Part shown: in pieces, positions 13,651-27,528 of the stretch
Position numbering within the stretch: position 1 is the first letter of the stretch
Layout of the letters: each line of letters begins with the position of its first letter
Source: Ophelia neglecta
Taxonomy: Eukaryota
DNA length: 64,000 bases
NCBI GenBank assembly: GCA_965285935.1
Contig: OZ260661.1
Location: forward strand, 143,716,001-143,780,000
Direction: 5' to 3'
The notes under the pieces: generated by a model
Databases searched by the model: none
The model's input: only the letters and a program-made list of their open reading frames with translations
What the model was told of the DNA's origin: nothing
Program-made: the position numbers and the translations under genes

Positions 13651-16600
13651 TCACGATGCCACCGTCATGGCAAAGCATACAGGAAGAATTATCTTGTTCT
13701 AGAACACACCTGCCGCGGATTGGCAAATACCAAAGGTAGTATGAGCTTGTCCTATAACTCCTAGATACTACTACACCAGGAAAGTATCGCTATATGGTAA
13801 TTTTTGTGAATCTCTTGGGACGTAGCAAATTATTATAAATAATATAAAATTAATATTAATATAATATAAAAATACTATAAGGTTTCAGATCATGATAAGT
13901 ATCCCTTCTTTCCACAAGAAATCACTCAAACATTACTCGGCGACGCCATTTTATGTGGAAAATATATTATGAACTATTGAACGCGAAATTTTCTTGATCA
14001 CAAAAATGTCCTTGGCCTTTGGAAAGTAATAAGAAATTAAGGCACATTCGCCAAGAGCATTTTTTATTCAACAAACAATATCATTGTCCGTATGTTGACC
14101 TAAGCCCTCGAAGGTCAAATTGATGTTTATGAAAAATACTACTATGCATCCGTAAGCTTCTTTTTCCTTAATCAAATGTAATTTGAAAATATTTAGGTTA
14201 TCACTGTTGAATGTTTTACTTGATGCTTCGCTTAACAAAGAAAATAAAACAATATCCTTTTATATATTTTGGATTGCTTCCTTGATATTAAGACATACAA
14301 TAAATGCCATTTTAATTTTACTTTTTCACAACATTTTTTTTTTTTTGCTGTTCGCGGTTATGACATTTGAAGCATTTGTTGGTATTTCACCATTCCGCGC
14401 TGGTTTACTGATTCATTGCGCAGGAAGTGAGATTATATCGACAGAAGACCCGTAAAAAGGTGTGTCCCTTAAGAAACTTTATTTTTTAAACCAACGTACA
14501 GCTCTTCAAAGTGCCATGGTATGCATGTCCTCAAACCAACCAACTCGCCGCTCCGTTGAGATACCTAAATGTTTTTACGTGTCGATAAACATGATAAATA
14601 GTGATTGCTGGACTTAATTTAATGCACGCTGAAACTCATTTGACAATTTTTTATTGATGCAGCGTTAAATGAGAAAGTGTCGGCAATCTGTTTATTTTAC
14701 ATATATTTTCAGAATGCCCGCTCTGGCTCGAGATATTATGTTGATCCCATTTTTTTATGAAAATTCAAGTAGGTAAACAAATAGTGGCGGACAAAGATAT
14801 AAATATGAATGTGCCTTTATCGAAAAAAAGTTTCAACAAAACTGTTAAGAAACATTAAGAGTATTATACAAAATGTTATTGTATGTAGTCGTCTTGGTGG
14901 GGAAAATCTTCTAAATCGGGATATTTCTTACACAGTGTCATTTTACGTCTTAGGAAGTAAACTGGAATGGTCTAGTTGCAGTAAGTTATGATTGTTAATA
15001 TATTGTATACAACCATCGCGTCAATACTAGTTATTTGTATTTTTATTTATATAATGTGTGTACATATTCTACATTTCTGTACCTAGTACATTGCATTGTC
15101 CCTTGGTAGTTTTTTTTTAACCCGTCTTTAATTTATTAAAGAATTTTCTAGTCATATTCAAAGACTAATGAGCCATAGACTTTCCTATTATGCTTTGTTA
15201 TATTAAAAAGCATACAGCCATTCAGTAAATCAACAGTCAGTGTAGTAAGGTAACTTCACTCATAAAGCACTTTTAACCCTTTGGGTGTCGAACAAATACG
15301 CAATTTTGATGTCGGTAAAGTGCCACTAGAATAAGCATATTCCCCAAAGAATCATGTCTACTTATAGCAATGAAGAGTTTATGAACAACTAAATATCTCA
15401 AACTATATATTCTCTTAAAGGACAGAACCACAACAATGATATAAAACGAAACTGCAGAGGAAAAGGAGCTGATATGGTGCCAGGGTGGACTTTTTGTATA
15501 CAGAATACTAGGTAAAATATAGAGCTGATTTTAGAGGCCCTTTACTCTTTACAAGGCGACTATTCCTGTCGAAAATTAACAGTAAAGTATGCCATCCTTA
15601 AGCTCCTGTATCATTAATTAAGAGTAACATGAAAACCTGTAAATTGACATTGTTTAAAGTTTTGCTTGAACTTTACTTACCATGAGAACAAAGCAATATA
15701 CTTATGTCTGTCTTAGATTGTTTGCCTTGATATGACGCCGAAGTTTTTATATTAATACTTTTTATACCATTTTGTTGCGGGTTGCAATAAGACATTTGCT
15801 AATGGGATTGCACAAGTGTGGTATATCTCCTCTTTTCATCGCAGACATTCAGGTTTCGAAATTTGTGCTCAGTTTCAGGACACGTGACCTCTTTTGACCG
15901 TTAAGTGTTTTGTAGCGCAGAATGACCCTCACTGTGGCTGCTGCGCTGCCGCTGTCTATGCAATGGAGTAGTTGCTGATTGCCATAAGAAATGTCATGCA
16001 AGTAGCACAAATAAGAAGTAGAACAGGGAACATTCATCTGACTACAAAGAATCAGAATCAGAATCAGAACATTTTATTTAGACCACAATGAAGACAATAT
16101 GAAATCATAATATAAGTACATGAATTTGATAACGAGTAGCAGACATGTAACGTATAAGTAACGTATATACACACGTTTATATATATATAATTTGTAAGAC
16201 ATTATGATATATACAATATGGAATTATAGTATAAATACACGAATAAGAGATCAAGTATGGGACATGTAATGTACATGTAACGCATATACACGTTTATATA
16301 TAAAATTAGTGAGACATTATGATGTAGACATTTGGCCAGGGAGAATCTCATTAAGTGTTGTTCACACGCTAGCATGGGAGCCACCCAGAAGAAGAAGGCA
16401 AAAAAGGACACTATGATACATTTAAATATTGTCACATTACAATATATTGTAGTGTATTGTCAGGGATAAACAAAGTAGGTGAATGCAATGTTAAATGCTA
16501 TATTTATATAGATAAGTCAACCTTTTAAAGGTTACTGCCTGGAATGCAAAGAGGCATAAATTATCTTAATCACAACTCCATAAGAGAATATACATTTGTT

Positions 16601-18231
16601 ATTAAAAATACATAAGGCAATACAAACAAGAGGGCATGCAGGTGATTTCCCATATTCCGGAGCACTTTTATGTAAAAGACATAAAAACACATAAAAACAC
16701 ATCCAAGGGATCGTGTCTGGATGCAAATGCAAATGAGGCAAACAGTACCAGCACATAATAACCGATGGGCCCGCACAGAGGCAGCCCGCCAGGAGAGGCA
16801 CGGAAACTAGAGCCAACCCCCGAAGGACCACCGCCGCGCAGACCCATCAGCCCATACATGTGACCCGACAAACATAACAGCCCTGAATATAACAGTCCTC
16901 GGAATAACTATTTATGTAATAACGTTTGATGTAGTTAGAAAACCCATGTAGGCTGTGAGAAAAAACTTTTTCCTTGATAAGATCAGGAGTTACATTCAAT
17001 AAGGAGACAATGTGATAACGGATGCACTTTTTGGCAAATTCATGTTTAACCAAACCCTGGTAATAGCTAGAACTTGTTCTTGTATTATACCTATGTACAT
17101 CAGACACGTGTAATAAGTTGAATTGATAAAAATATTGCGGGACTGTGCCATTGATATACCCGTAATAAAATTTAAGAGTACATAGTTTATAGATATCTGC
17201 AAGCTTAAGCAAATATAACTTTTTAAACAGAGGAGAGGAGTGTGAAACAAACCTACTATTTGTAATGATACGCACACATTTTTTCTGTAGCTTATTAAGT
17301 CTCGTAGTTTCAAGGCCCCAAGCAAGTATGCAGTAATTGAGGCGAGGCAACACCAAAGTATTATAAATACACTTAAGTATATATTGTGGAAGAATGTGCC
17401 TTAGTCTACAAAGAACTCCCACCGATTTGGAGATAGCTGTTGAGACATTGTTTATGTGGGTGTTCCAATTCAGGGGTTTGTTTAAATTCAGACCAAGAAA
17501 GTTAAAATTATCTACACATTCCAGGGGGATGTTATCTATCATAATATTGGGGATGTCAAATTTCTTTCCCGGCATATAAAAGATCATAAATTTGGTTTTG
17601 TTAGCATTTAATGATAATTTATTGAGCTTGAGTAACTCACTGATTTTTGCCAGTTCTGTATTTATATTATCACTACAATGCTGTGATTGAGCTTGATGGT
17701 TGAAAACTTTTAAAATACTCGACAGTGCTGTGTCGTCCGCATAAACTATGGTTTGGAATAATTTACTAACTGTGCTAATATCATTTATATATATAATAAA
17801 TAGAAGAGGGCCGAGAATAGAGCCTTACGGGACATATTAATAGAATCCATTTTCGAACATGTATTTTCTATTTGTACATATTGTTTTCGATTTTGTAAAT
17901 AACTGGTAAGGAGTGTCAATGAAGAGCCTGCCACGCCATAATAGCGCAACTTGTGTAATAAAATATCATGGTCTAAAGTATCAAATGCCTTCGACAAAAA
18001 AAATTATAAAAGTTAAGGGGCGTTTCATCCCTGTCCAGCTCATTTATTATTCGATCGACTAATTCAAGAGCCGCCAGCTCCGTCGAGTGCCGTTTTCTGA
18101 AACCATACTGGCTACAGTGAAACAGTGCATTGGATTCAAAGTAATCGTATAATTGATCCGCAATAATTCGTTCAAAAATCTTAGAAAAAGTAGAGAGGAC
18201 AGATATAGGACGGTAATTATCCAGTGAAGTG

Positions 18232-18759
18232 TGTTGCATTACAAGCCCCCTGGTCATTACCTGGTCATTACCTGGTCAGTCAGGCATGACTTCAGTCAGG
18301 CATGACGGTGTGTCCGGAGGACTAGCGTGTTTGGGGTATGTGCCAATTGTACAGCGGACTGACAGTGTGTCAATGTATTGGATGTAATATTGGAATTGTA
18401 CAGCGGACTGACAGTGTGTCAATGTATTTACTGTAATATTGGAATTGAACTGCGGACTGACGGTGTGTCATTATTCCCTGTATTAGTACCTCATGTTGTG
18501 TCGCTTCATCGTGGTTTTGAGCCCGGTATGGTGGTATGTATTTACCTTATTCGCAGATACGTTAATAATGATTGTATGTTCATATATTGCCTGTAACTTC
18601 AAATGTTTTCCTTTTCATTGTAATTACAGTTTACCTGTATACGAGTGCATGGGATTAGACCTCGGAATAAACATTACTGCATGTTCTACTGGTTCATAAC
18701 CTTCACTGTTATTACTGAGTGCAACAATACCAACATCCAATACTAGATGCGACATAACA
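18232..18759 (+). repeat. 5' LTR (528 bp)
   Basis: Near-identical to the 3' LTR (two G/A differences seen); contains internal short tandem duplications. Confidence 0.97.
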
Positions 18760-18806
18760 TTAGTAAACACCACATGCCTTTGGTGGGTGATTTATGAACT
18801 GTTGTA

Positions 18807-21800
18807 GTGGTCACAGTTACAATGAATACAGATATTGAACTGTGCGGGGATGTCACTGAGGCATCTTCAAAGAGATCAACAGCTCAGGGTGTCGTCAGAA
18901 GGCACATAAACACTATTCTTCGTCTTCTTGGGGAAGACGACATTGTGAATGTGGATGAATGTGATTCCACTGTTCAGAAATTGTCGGACGCTCGAGAGCG
19001 CTATTCGACCTGTCATAATAGGACTGTTGAAATATTGATTGCTGCAGATAAGGATACGGCAGTGATTGAATCTGCTGCCTTTGCCTTGATTGAGGAGATT
19101 GACAAAACCATTCGAGATGCCAAAGAATGGTGCAGGCGAGCTAGAGTGGGTCCTCGCGATACGACCACCGAGGTGACTCCCAGCGACGGTGCTGGTGGTG
19201 GGAGTGATCAGAGCGTGGATTCTAGGGATGAGGACAGTAGTGGGACTGAGAGGCAGCGGCCTGATGTTCGTCCTAAGACTCCCCCGGGTCATGCTGTGAA
19301 CAGTGATAAGGAGGAGTCATTTCAAGCTCAAACTTTGAGTGTGCTCTCAGGTTTGACAGCTCAGATTCAGAGTTTGTCGTTCTCAGTGGACTCTCATACC
19401 AGGAGACATGATGAGCAACTGGCAGCATATGGACAGTCCGTACAATCTCTCAGACAGGAAGTGGAGGTTCTTCGTCGTGAGCGTGCTGCTTCCACACCAA
19501 AAGGGCCTGCTGAAAAGCGTGTTTCATTTGAAAATGTCACATATGATACTATACCTGTTGATCTGGCACAACATAAAGATGTAATATCAAATGTAGAATT
19601 ATGTATTGATGCTCATGATAAAACAAATGCTATGTCTCAAGATATTTCAAATGCTGTGCTAACTCCAAATGTAGATCAACATAATGTTTCAGATGTGATT
19701 GTTCAAAACACTTCCATTATGAGATCTCTTGTTGATGAAAATCGTACATACCACCAGTCGTTCTTAGCTACAGTTAGGGCCCCACATTCAAAACTAATGC
19801 ATTTCAACGGTGACCCATTAGAGTATACAGCTTTCATGGGAGCTTTTGATGACATGGTTGAGACTGCTATCGATAATCCACGAACAAAACTTACCATATT
19901 GTATGCTCATTGTGAGGGTAGGGCCAAACGTGTTATCGGTGGGTGTCTTCACAAACCCGCGAAAGAAGGCTACTGTAATGCTCGTAGTCTGCTAAAAGGG
20001 AAATTTGGTAATCCAACAGTTATAAGTCAAGCTTGGCTCAATAAGTTGTTGGGGGGTCCTCAATTGAAAACAGCAGATGACTTAGAGACATTTGCGGCTG
20101 ATTTGACAAGTTGTGCCGATAGTCTAGGGGCTCTGGGGTTTCTGGCTGAGCTGAACTGTGTGAACTCAATGAGAATCATTGTCTCAAAGTTACCATAATT
20201 TTTGCGTGAAAGGTGGCGTAAGCTCCATCGCCGATTGAATGCTCAAGGCAGGCCAACTTCTATCGAACAACTCATTGAGATGGTTAATCAGGTAGCTGAA
20301 GAGATGGGTGACCCAGCCTTTAGTGAAAGTAGTATTTTGAAAGTAAAAAATACTTACGACAGCAAGGTCAGCAGTCGCCAGTGGTCACAGAGTAAGGTCA
20401 GAGCTAGTGTGAACCTTGCCACTGATGCTGACGAAGGTTCTGTTGATGAGTTTGGTGATGATGGTTTGTTTACTGAATCCGGACTCTTTATGGTTGGTGG
20501 AAATAGGTTTGTGTGTGCAGCATGTTCTGGGCAGCACTACACTTCACGTTGTAGAGTGTACAGAGAAATGTCACCTACTGAGCGTATATCATTTGTTCGT
20601 GAAAAGAGATTGTGTGTGACATGTTTGGGTGAGAATCACATGATGGCTGAGTGTAATTTGGGATGGAAATGTCAGGAGAGGAATTGTTCTCAAAGGCATC
20701 ACACTTCTCTTCACAATGCGTTTACTCCTAAGCAGGCTCCCATGATTGATGATAAAAGGGTTGGTGAAGGAAGTGTAGAGGAGAATCAGAGTCAGAGATA
20801 TATAGATATTGGTGTAGGTACTAGTGGTGCATATACTCTTGAAGCTCGTGTTTATGGTGGTCGGATTTCAGCTTCTTTACCTCTCACTCCAGTTGTTGTT
20901 TCGGGACCTCAGGGAAATTTTGTGACTTATGCACTCATCGATCCTGCCTCCTGCATGACCTTGTGCACCGAGAGACTTATGGATCATTTGAGGTTGACTC
21001 CGCATGGTGTTGCAACGACAAATTTGCACACAGTTACTGGTGAGCAGGCTTTAGAGGGCAAGCTTGTCAGCATGGATATTAGAGGTGTCAATTATCGGTC
21101 TTCTTTCCCTGTTTTTGATGCATTTGTGCTCCATGCACTGCCAATATCCGGTGAGCATCTGGTCACTGCCGATCAATTGGCAGCCTGGCCTCATCTATCT
21201 AATCTGAGGCTTCCAACTGCAGATTTTAGTGCAGTCGATATTCTGATTGGTCAGAATAATGCTCATCTGTTAGAGCCTATGGGCAAAGTCACAGGCAAAC
21301 GATTCGAGCCCTATGCCGTTGAGACTCCAATAGGTTGGACAGTTTATGGACATTTCAATGGGCAAACTCCGGCTGTGTCATGTTTCGTGAGTGCAGGGAG
21401 TCAGTTCGAAGATTCGTCGTCCGACAGATTGGATCGTCTCGTTGAACGGTTCTGGAAGCTGGATGAACTTCCTTTAAGTCCTTCTTTGTCTTCTATCGAT
21501 CAGTCTGTTGTTGATCTTTGGTCTGAGAATATGTACATCTCGGAAGGACATATTCACTTGCCAATTCCGTTCAAGACTAATCCACCGCAACTTCCAAATA
21601 ATTATGACATGGCTGTTCGAAGGCTAAGACAGCTAGGTAGAAGGTTGAGTCGTGATGAAGATATGGCAATGAAGTATAGAGACGGCATAGGTGGGAACTT
21701 GAAAGAAGGGTTCTCAGAAAGGGTGGATGAATCTGTGGAAGTAAAGGTGGGAGCTGTTTTTTACATTCCACATCATCCTGTGACTCATCCCAGAAAACCT

Positions 21801-24714
21801 GACAAGGTCCGCATAGTGTTTGATTGTAGTGCCGAAATTGATGGTGTGAGTTTAAATAAGTCGGTGCATCAGGGACCGGATTTGGCTAGCCGGCTGGTCA
21901 ATGTTCTCATGAGATTCCGAGAGTTCAAGACAACAATCATGGGAGATATAGAAGGGATGTATAATCAGGTACGAGTTCCCCCAGCACAGAGAAATTGCCT
22001 TCGGTTTCTTTGGTGGGATAATGACAGACCTGATGGTAAGATTGTGGTGTTGCGGATGACAACTCATTTGTTTGGTGGCATTTGGTCACCTTCAGCAGCC
22101 ATCTTTGCTCTTCGCAGGACTGCGGAATTGTTTGGTGGGTCTTTCATGGAAGAGGCTGTTGCTGCAGTTTTTAAACATTTTTATGTTGATGATTGGCTGC
22201 AGAGTGTGATTTCAGTTCCTCGTGCGATCAAGATGACAGTTGATTTACGTTTGTTGTTGAGAAATGGGGGATTTAATTTGACAAAATTCAGCTCAAATAG
22301 CAGACAGGTTGTCGAGAGCATTGAGGTGGAGCATAGATCCAGGGCTCTTTCTGGTCTGAACTTACAATTTGATGACATGCCCTGTGATACCACATTAGGA
22401 GTTCACTATGATCCCAAGAATGACAAATTCGGTTACACGGCGTCATTGAATGAGAAGCCATGCACAAGAAGAGGCATGTTATCAACAATGTCCTCCTTGT
22501 ATGACCCACTAGGTTTCGTTGGACCATTCATTGTCCCTGCTAGGCGAATAAAGCAAGAACTGTGCAGGATTGGGTGTGAATGGGATCAGGAGCTGCCTGA
22601 GAATTTGCTGCTACAATGGCAGAGATGGTTGAGGGATGTCCCTTTGTTGCAGAGCTTCAAAGTGCCACGTCACATTCGGTTTGATGGTGGTCATGGGTTG
22701 CAGCTTCATTGTTTCTCAGATGCTTCTGAGAAAGCATATGGCGCTGTTGCCTATTTGCGTGTGCTGGGTGAACATCAGTCAGGGTCGTCCAGTACACTTT
22801 TGATGGCCAAGTCTAGGCTTGCTCCATTGAAGTCTCTGACTATACCTAGGTTGGAGCTATCGGCAGCGGTGCTTGCTGTTAGGCTATGTAAGGTTTTGCA
22901 AGATTGTTTCACAACTGAGCTAGAGTCAGTCCATTTTTGGACTGACAGTGTATTAGTCCTCAGATATATTCATGGAGTGCCATCTTCATTTCAGACGTTT
23001 GTGGCTAACAGGACTGCTGAGATTCAGCGTCTGTCCGTTGCGGATCAGTGGCGATTTGTACCTGGATCAGACAACCCAGCTGATATGATATCGAGAGGTA
23101 TTTCAGCAGAACAATTGCTGAGCAGTTGCGTATGGCTAAGTGGCCCATCATACTTGCTTTTGCCGGAATCTGAGTGGCCGGATCAGCCAGATTTGCAGAG
23201 AGTTGAGATTTCTGAACTCAAGCGTTTAAAGGGCATTTACGTCACGGATGTGGTTGTCAGCCAGCGGTCAAGTGAGTTGCTGGAGGGTCTGGTTGCACAA
23301 TATTCAGATTGGATGAGATTGGTACGAGGGTACTGCTGGTTGCGTAGGTTTGGGTTGTTTGTGAAGGATGGGAAGTGTAAGATTGGTCGATTGAGAGCAG
23401 ATGAGCTTTCCATTGGAGTGGTTTTGGTGGTGGCTATGGCTCAGCAGCAGTCATTAACTAGCGCTCAGCTCACAAGTAGGTCTTTCAGGAAGCTCTTCCC
23501 ACAGGATAGTGAGGGAGTGATTCGAGTTGGAGGAAGACTTCACTACTCTGATCTTCCATTTGACATGAAGCATCCCATGGTTCTACCGCCTAAGTCGGAT
23601 ATCTGTCCACTGATCATTCGGTATTACCATGAGTTGGTTTGCCATGCGGGTGCAGATAGAACATTGCATCAGATCAGGGAGAAGTTTTGGTTGTTGGGAG
23701 GAAAGCGTGTTGTACGAGGGGTCCTGAAACATTGCATTCCATGTAGGCGAATGAAAGCGGCTCCTGCTGAGCAATTGATGGCTCCTTTGCCTGTATTTAG
23801 AACAAAGGCAGGACAGCCCCCGTTTGATGTGGTTGGCTTGGATTATTTTGGTCCTTTTTTGGTGAAGCATGGCAGAGGCACAGTGAAACGGTACGGTTGC
23901 ATATTTACCTGTATGGCAATTCGAGCCATACATCTTGAGGTGGCAACAGATTTATCAACAATGGCCTTTTTGAATGTTTTACAGCGTTTTATTGCGAGGA
24001 GGAATCAACCTAGCTTGATCATCAGTGATAATGGCACAAACTTTGTTGGTGCAGCTAGGGAATTGCGTGTGCTTTTTAGAGTTGCTAAGTGTGACTCTGT
24101 GGCCAAATACTTGGTGGACAGAGGCATGGAATGGAAGTTCAATCCACCTTCTGCAAGTCATCATGGGGGAGCCTGGGAAAGGCAAATTAGGTCTGTGCGT
24201 CAATTATTGATGTCGGTTACAAAACTGCAAAGCTTAACTGATGATGGCTTACACACATTCTTTTGCACGGTTGAGCGGATCATCAATTCAAGACCGCTGA
24301 CAAAATTGTCCGATGATGTCGAGAGTTTGTCACCCCTGACACCTAGCCATCTGTTAGTTCTGCGGTCTGGTGCTAGTTTGCCTGGCGAATTCAGTTCTGC
24401 AGATGCTCTCAGATCTAGGTGGAAACGTGTGATGTATCTGTCAGAACTTTTTTTGGGATCGCTGGACACGACAGTACCTTGTTGAGCTTCAGCGCAGGGT
24501 CAAGTGGTCTAAAATTGTAGACAATGTTAAAGTAGGTGAACTGGTACTATTGGTCAAAGAAAACATGCCAAGAATGAGTTGGCCTTTGGGTTTAGTTAAG
24601 GAGGTTTTTGCTGGAGAAGACAAACTTGTTAGGGTTGTCAGGTTGAAGACAGTTGATGGTGAGTATACTCGCCCAATCACCAAGATTATAAGATTGGAGG
24701 CTGACATCAATTGA
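18807..24714 (+). CDS. BEL/Pao gag-pol polyprotein (in-frame TAA at 20196-20198; +1 frameshift near 24450)
   Basis: FNGDPLEY gag motif, triple Cys/His knuckles, protease ALIDPAS, RT (YIPHHPV, GDIEGMY, FYVDD), RNase H (FSDASEKAYG, WTDS, NPAD) and integrase (HAG..C..C, GLDYFGP, SDNGTNF, GAWERQI). The C-terminus WDRW..WPLG..RPITKI is in a shifted frame. Confidence 0.93.
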
Positions 24715-24744
24715 TGAACTCTATGGAGTTCATGGGGGGCGGGA

Positions 24745-25272
24745 TGTTGCATTACAAGCCCCCTGGTCATTACCTGGTCATTACCTGGTCAGTCAGGCAT
24801 GACTTCAGTCAGGCATGACGGTGTGTCCGGAGGACTAGCGTGTTTGGGGTATGTGCCAATTGTACAGCGGACTGACAGTGTGTCAATGTATTGAATGTAA
24901 TATTGGAATTGTACAGCGGACTGACAGTGTGTCAATGTATTTACTGTAATATTGGAATTGAACTGCGGACTGACGGTGTGTCATTATTCCCTGTATTAGT
25001 ACCTCATGTTGTGTCGCTTCATCGTGGTTTTGAGCCCGGTATGGTGGTATGTATTTACCTTATTCGCAGATACGTTAATAATGATTGTATATTCATATAT
25101 TGCCTGTAACTTCAAATGTTTTCCTTTTCATTGTAATTACAGTTTACCTGTATACGAGTGCATGGGATTAGACCTCGGAATAAACATTACTGCATGTTCT
25201 ACTGGTTCATAACCTTCACTGTTATTACTGAGTGCAACAATACCAACATCCAATACTAGATGCGACATAACA
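24745..25272 (+). repeat. 3' LTR (528 bp)
   Basis: Follows the PPT; ends in ...CATAACA, then the TSD. Confidence 0.97.
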
Positions 25273-27528
25273 AAGTGTTTTCTCCTTTCTTGAAGACAGG
25301 GGTCACCTTTGCAATTTTTAACCTATTAGGAAATAATCCAACAGCAATTGACTGGTTAATCAGCTTGGTTAGAGGTCCTACAATATCCTCCTTGATCTGT
25401 TTTAACAAGATGGAAGAGAAGCCATCACACCCAGAGCTACCCTTATTTTTCAGCCTGTCTATGTGGAGAGACACAGTAATTTTAGACACTGATTTCAGTT
25501 TGAATTCTGTGTTACAAGAGGTCGTTAGGAATGATTTAAAAGTTTTACAAGAATAAGTTGTTAATTTAGAGGTTAGTCTAGGGCCAATATCAATAAAATA
25601 GTCGTTGAATTCCTCAGCAATTATTTGAGTATCAGAGACTAACTTATTATTTATTGTGAAGTGTTTAGGAAGTTTCTTATTATCTTTCTTACGATTTAAC
25701 ACTTTATTAATAGTTGACCAAGTGTTTTTTATGTCATGCTTATATATTTAGTAAATCGAGAATTGTAATGTTTTTTTTTTGCAAAAGAAATATTTTTACT
25801 CAAAATCTTGTTATATGAGTCCAAGTTGGCCTTGAGTTTGAAATATAGTTCGGTATTTTGAGGGGTCGATTTCACTCGCTTATAAAGTTTGTCTCTGAAA
25901 GTAATTGATCTTATGATACCCTGTGTTATCCAGTTGGACTTTTTTATGTTTGTGCTTGTTGTATTTTACACGAACTGGTTTTAAATGGTTAGAGTATGCT
26001 TTTGTTATAACACTGTCAATGACATTATAATTAGAATCTGGGTCGGAATCAGGGCAGTCAAAAAGTGATTGTAAATTCGATTGAGAAATTTCATTTTTAA
26101 ACCTTTGGATCGATAGGGGGTCACAACGTTTAACTTCAATATACCTAGGTGTGGAATGTCTAGTTCGTAATATATTGTTAACAGAAAGGTAATATGGGAG
26201 GTGGTCTGATATCTGACTTAATAGAATGCCACTAGAAGAGTCATACATTCTGCTGCTAAATTTACAAATGAAATTGTCAATTAATGTTCCCCTAAAAGTA
26301 GAAAATCTTGTTGGAAGAGTAATCTTAGGGAAGAAGCCATGGGAGATGATAGTGTCAAAGTATTCCCCAAATATTGGTCGATCATTGATTTTCAGCAAGT
26401 CTATATTATAATTCCCAGCAATAAAGCTCTCACAGTTATAACTATCAAGATATTCAAGTACACTGGCGAATTCATTAATAAAATGTTTATATTTGTCAAC
26501 AAGATCTCTAGGTGGTCTATAAATATTGCCAATGACTATTTTTTTTTTAAATTCCACCACCAGATACTTCAACAAACTGTCCCTCCCATATCGACGAAGA
26601 TGAATTACCCATATCTAATACCCTATAATCATAACAATCCCTAAGATATATCACAAGTCCACCATGTTCTGAACAGGTTTTACCCCGGGACAACAGATTA
26701 TAACCCTCCAATTGTAGCAATGACAGGTCCGAGTCACAGGACAACCAGCTTTCTTGGAGACAAATAGCACTGAAATAGACACCTGAGGCATTGAGCTGTT
26801 CAAGTAGTACCTGAATCTGAGTAAATTTAGCATGAAGACTTTGGCTGTTCATACTGAGTAGCGTGAATGCAGTTTGCTTACAACATAATTTATTAGAAAG
26901 TTCGTAGTTGTCCAAATAAGGCGAGAATTGTTTTATGTCCGGCTCCGTGTCAGCTGAGAGCCTGTCATTGCCACCATCCGGATTTAACAGATAATTTAAA
27001 GAATTATTGTCTAGCCCTCAAAACATCCTCAAAAAGTCACGTGAGTTATCCACAAAGTTGCATTAGAATAGGAAATAAAAGATATATGCAATCACCACAA
27101 TATGACAAACCGGTACATTGTCTACTAACAAACTGGCCAATGAAGACCAGTAACGTTGTAAATTTTCTAAACTGAAGTGCTGTGGAAAAACAAAACACCC
27201 CGAAACTGAAAACCAATTATTCAAACAATAACACGGAAAACACGATATAATACAATGCAGGTGCTCATGAACAAGCGCACAAGATACATCAAGTAAGATC
27301 ATAACTGTGTGACAAACGTCAAATGGAAGGTCACAGTCGAGAGTCATTAGGCATATAAAGTGTGACATGGCAATTGACAGTTGGCCATGGCCAATTAACT
27401 GCATACTTACACCGAGGAACAGCTCCAAATAACAGTGAGCGTCGCTGTCACTCACTAATTAAGAGCTAATCAAGAAGCACTGACACAAAAACAACAGACG
27501 CAGGCTCCAGAGTTCTAGGGGGCTACCT

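Larger units (their letters stand above)
18232..25272 (+). mobile_element. Full-length BEL/Pao LTR retrotransposon
   Basis: TG...CA LTRs at 18232-18759 and 24745-25272; TSD AAGTG at 18227-18231 and 25273-25277; PPT GGGGGGCGGGA at 24734-24744; domain order gag-PR-RT-RH-IN. Confidence 0.97.
16847..26915 (-). pseudogene. LINE ORF2 (APE endonuclease plus RT), frameshifted and interrupted
   Basis: ORF pieces 26547-26915, 25880-26575, 25256-25702, 17973-18230, 17785-17997 and 16847-17587 join; PVFKKGENT|SLDNYRPIS is restored by removing the LTR element. Confidence 0.88.

Noticed and set aside
18378-18699. Duplicated small ORFs (also 24891-25212)
   Set aside because: Chance ORFs within the LTRs.
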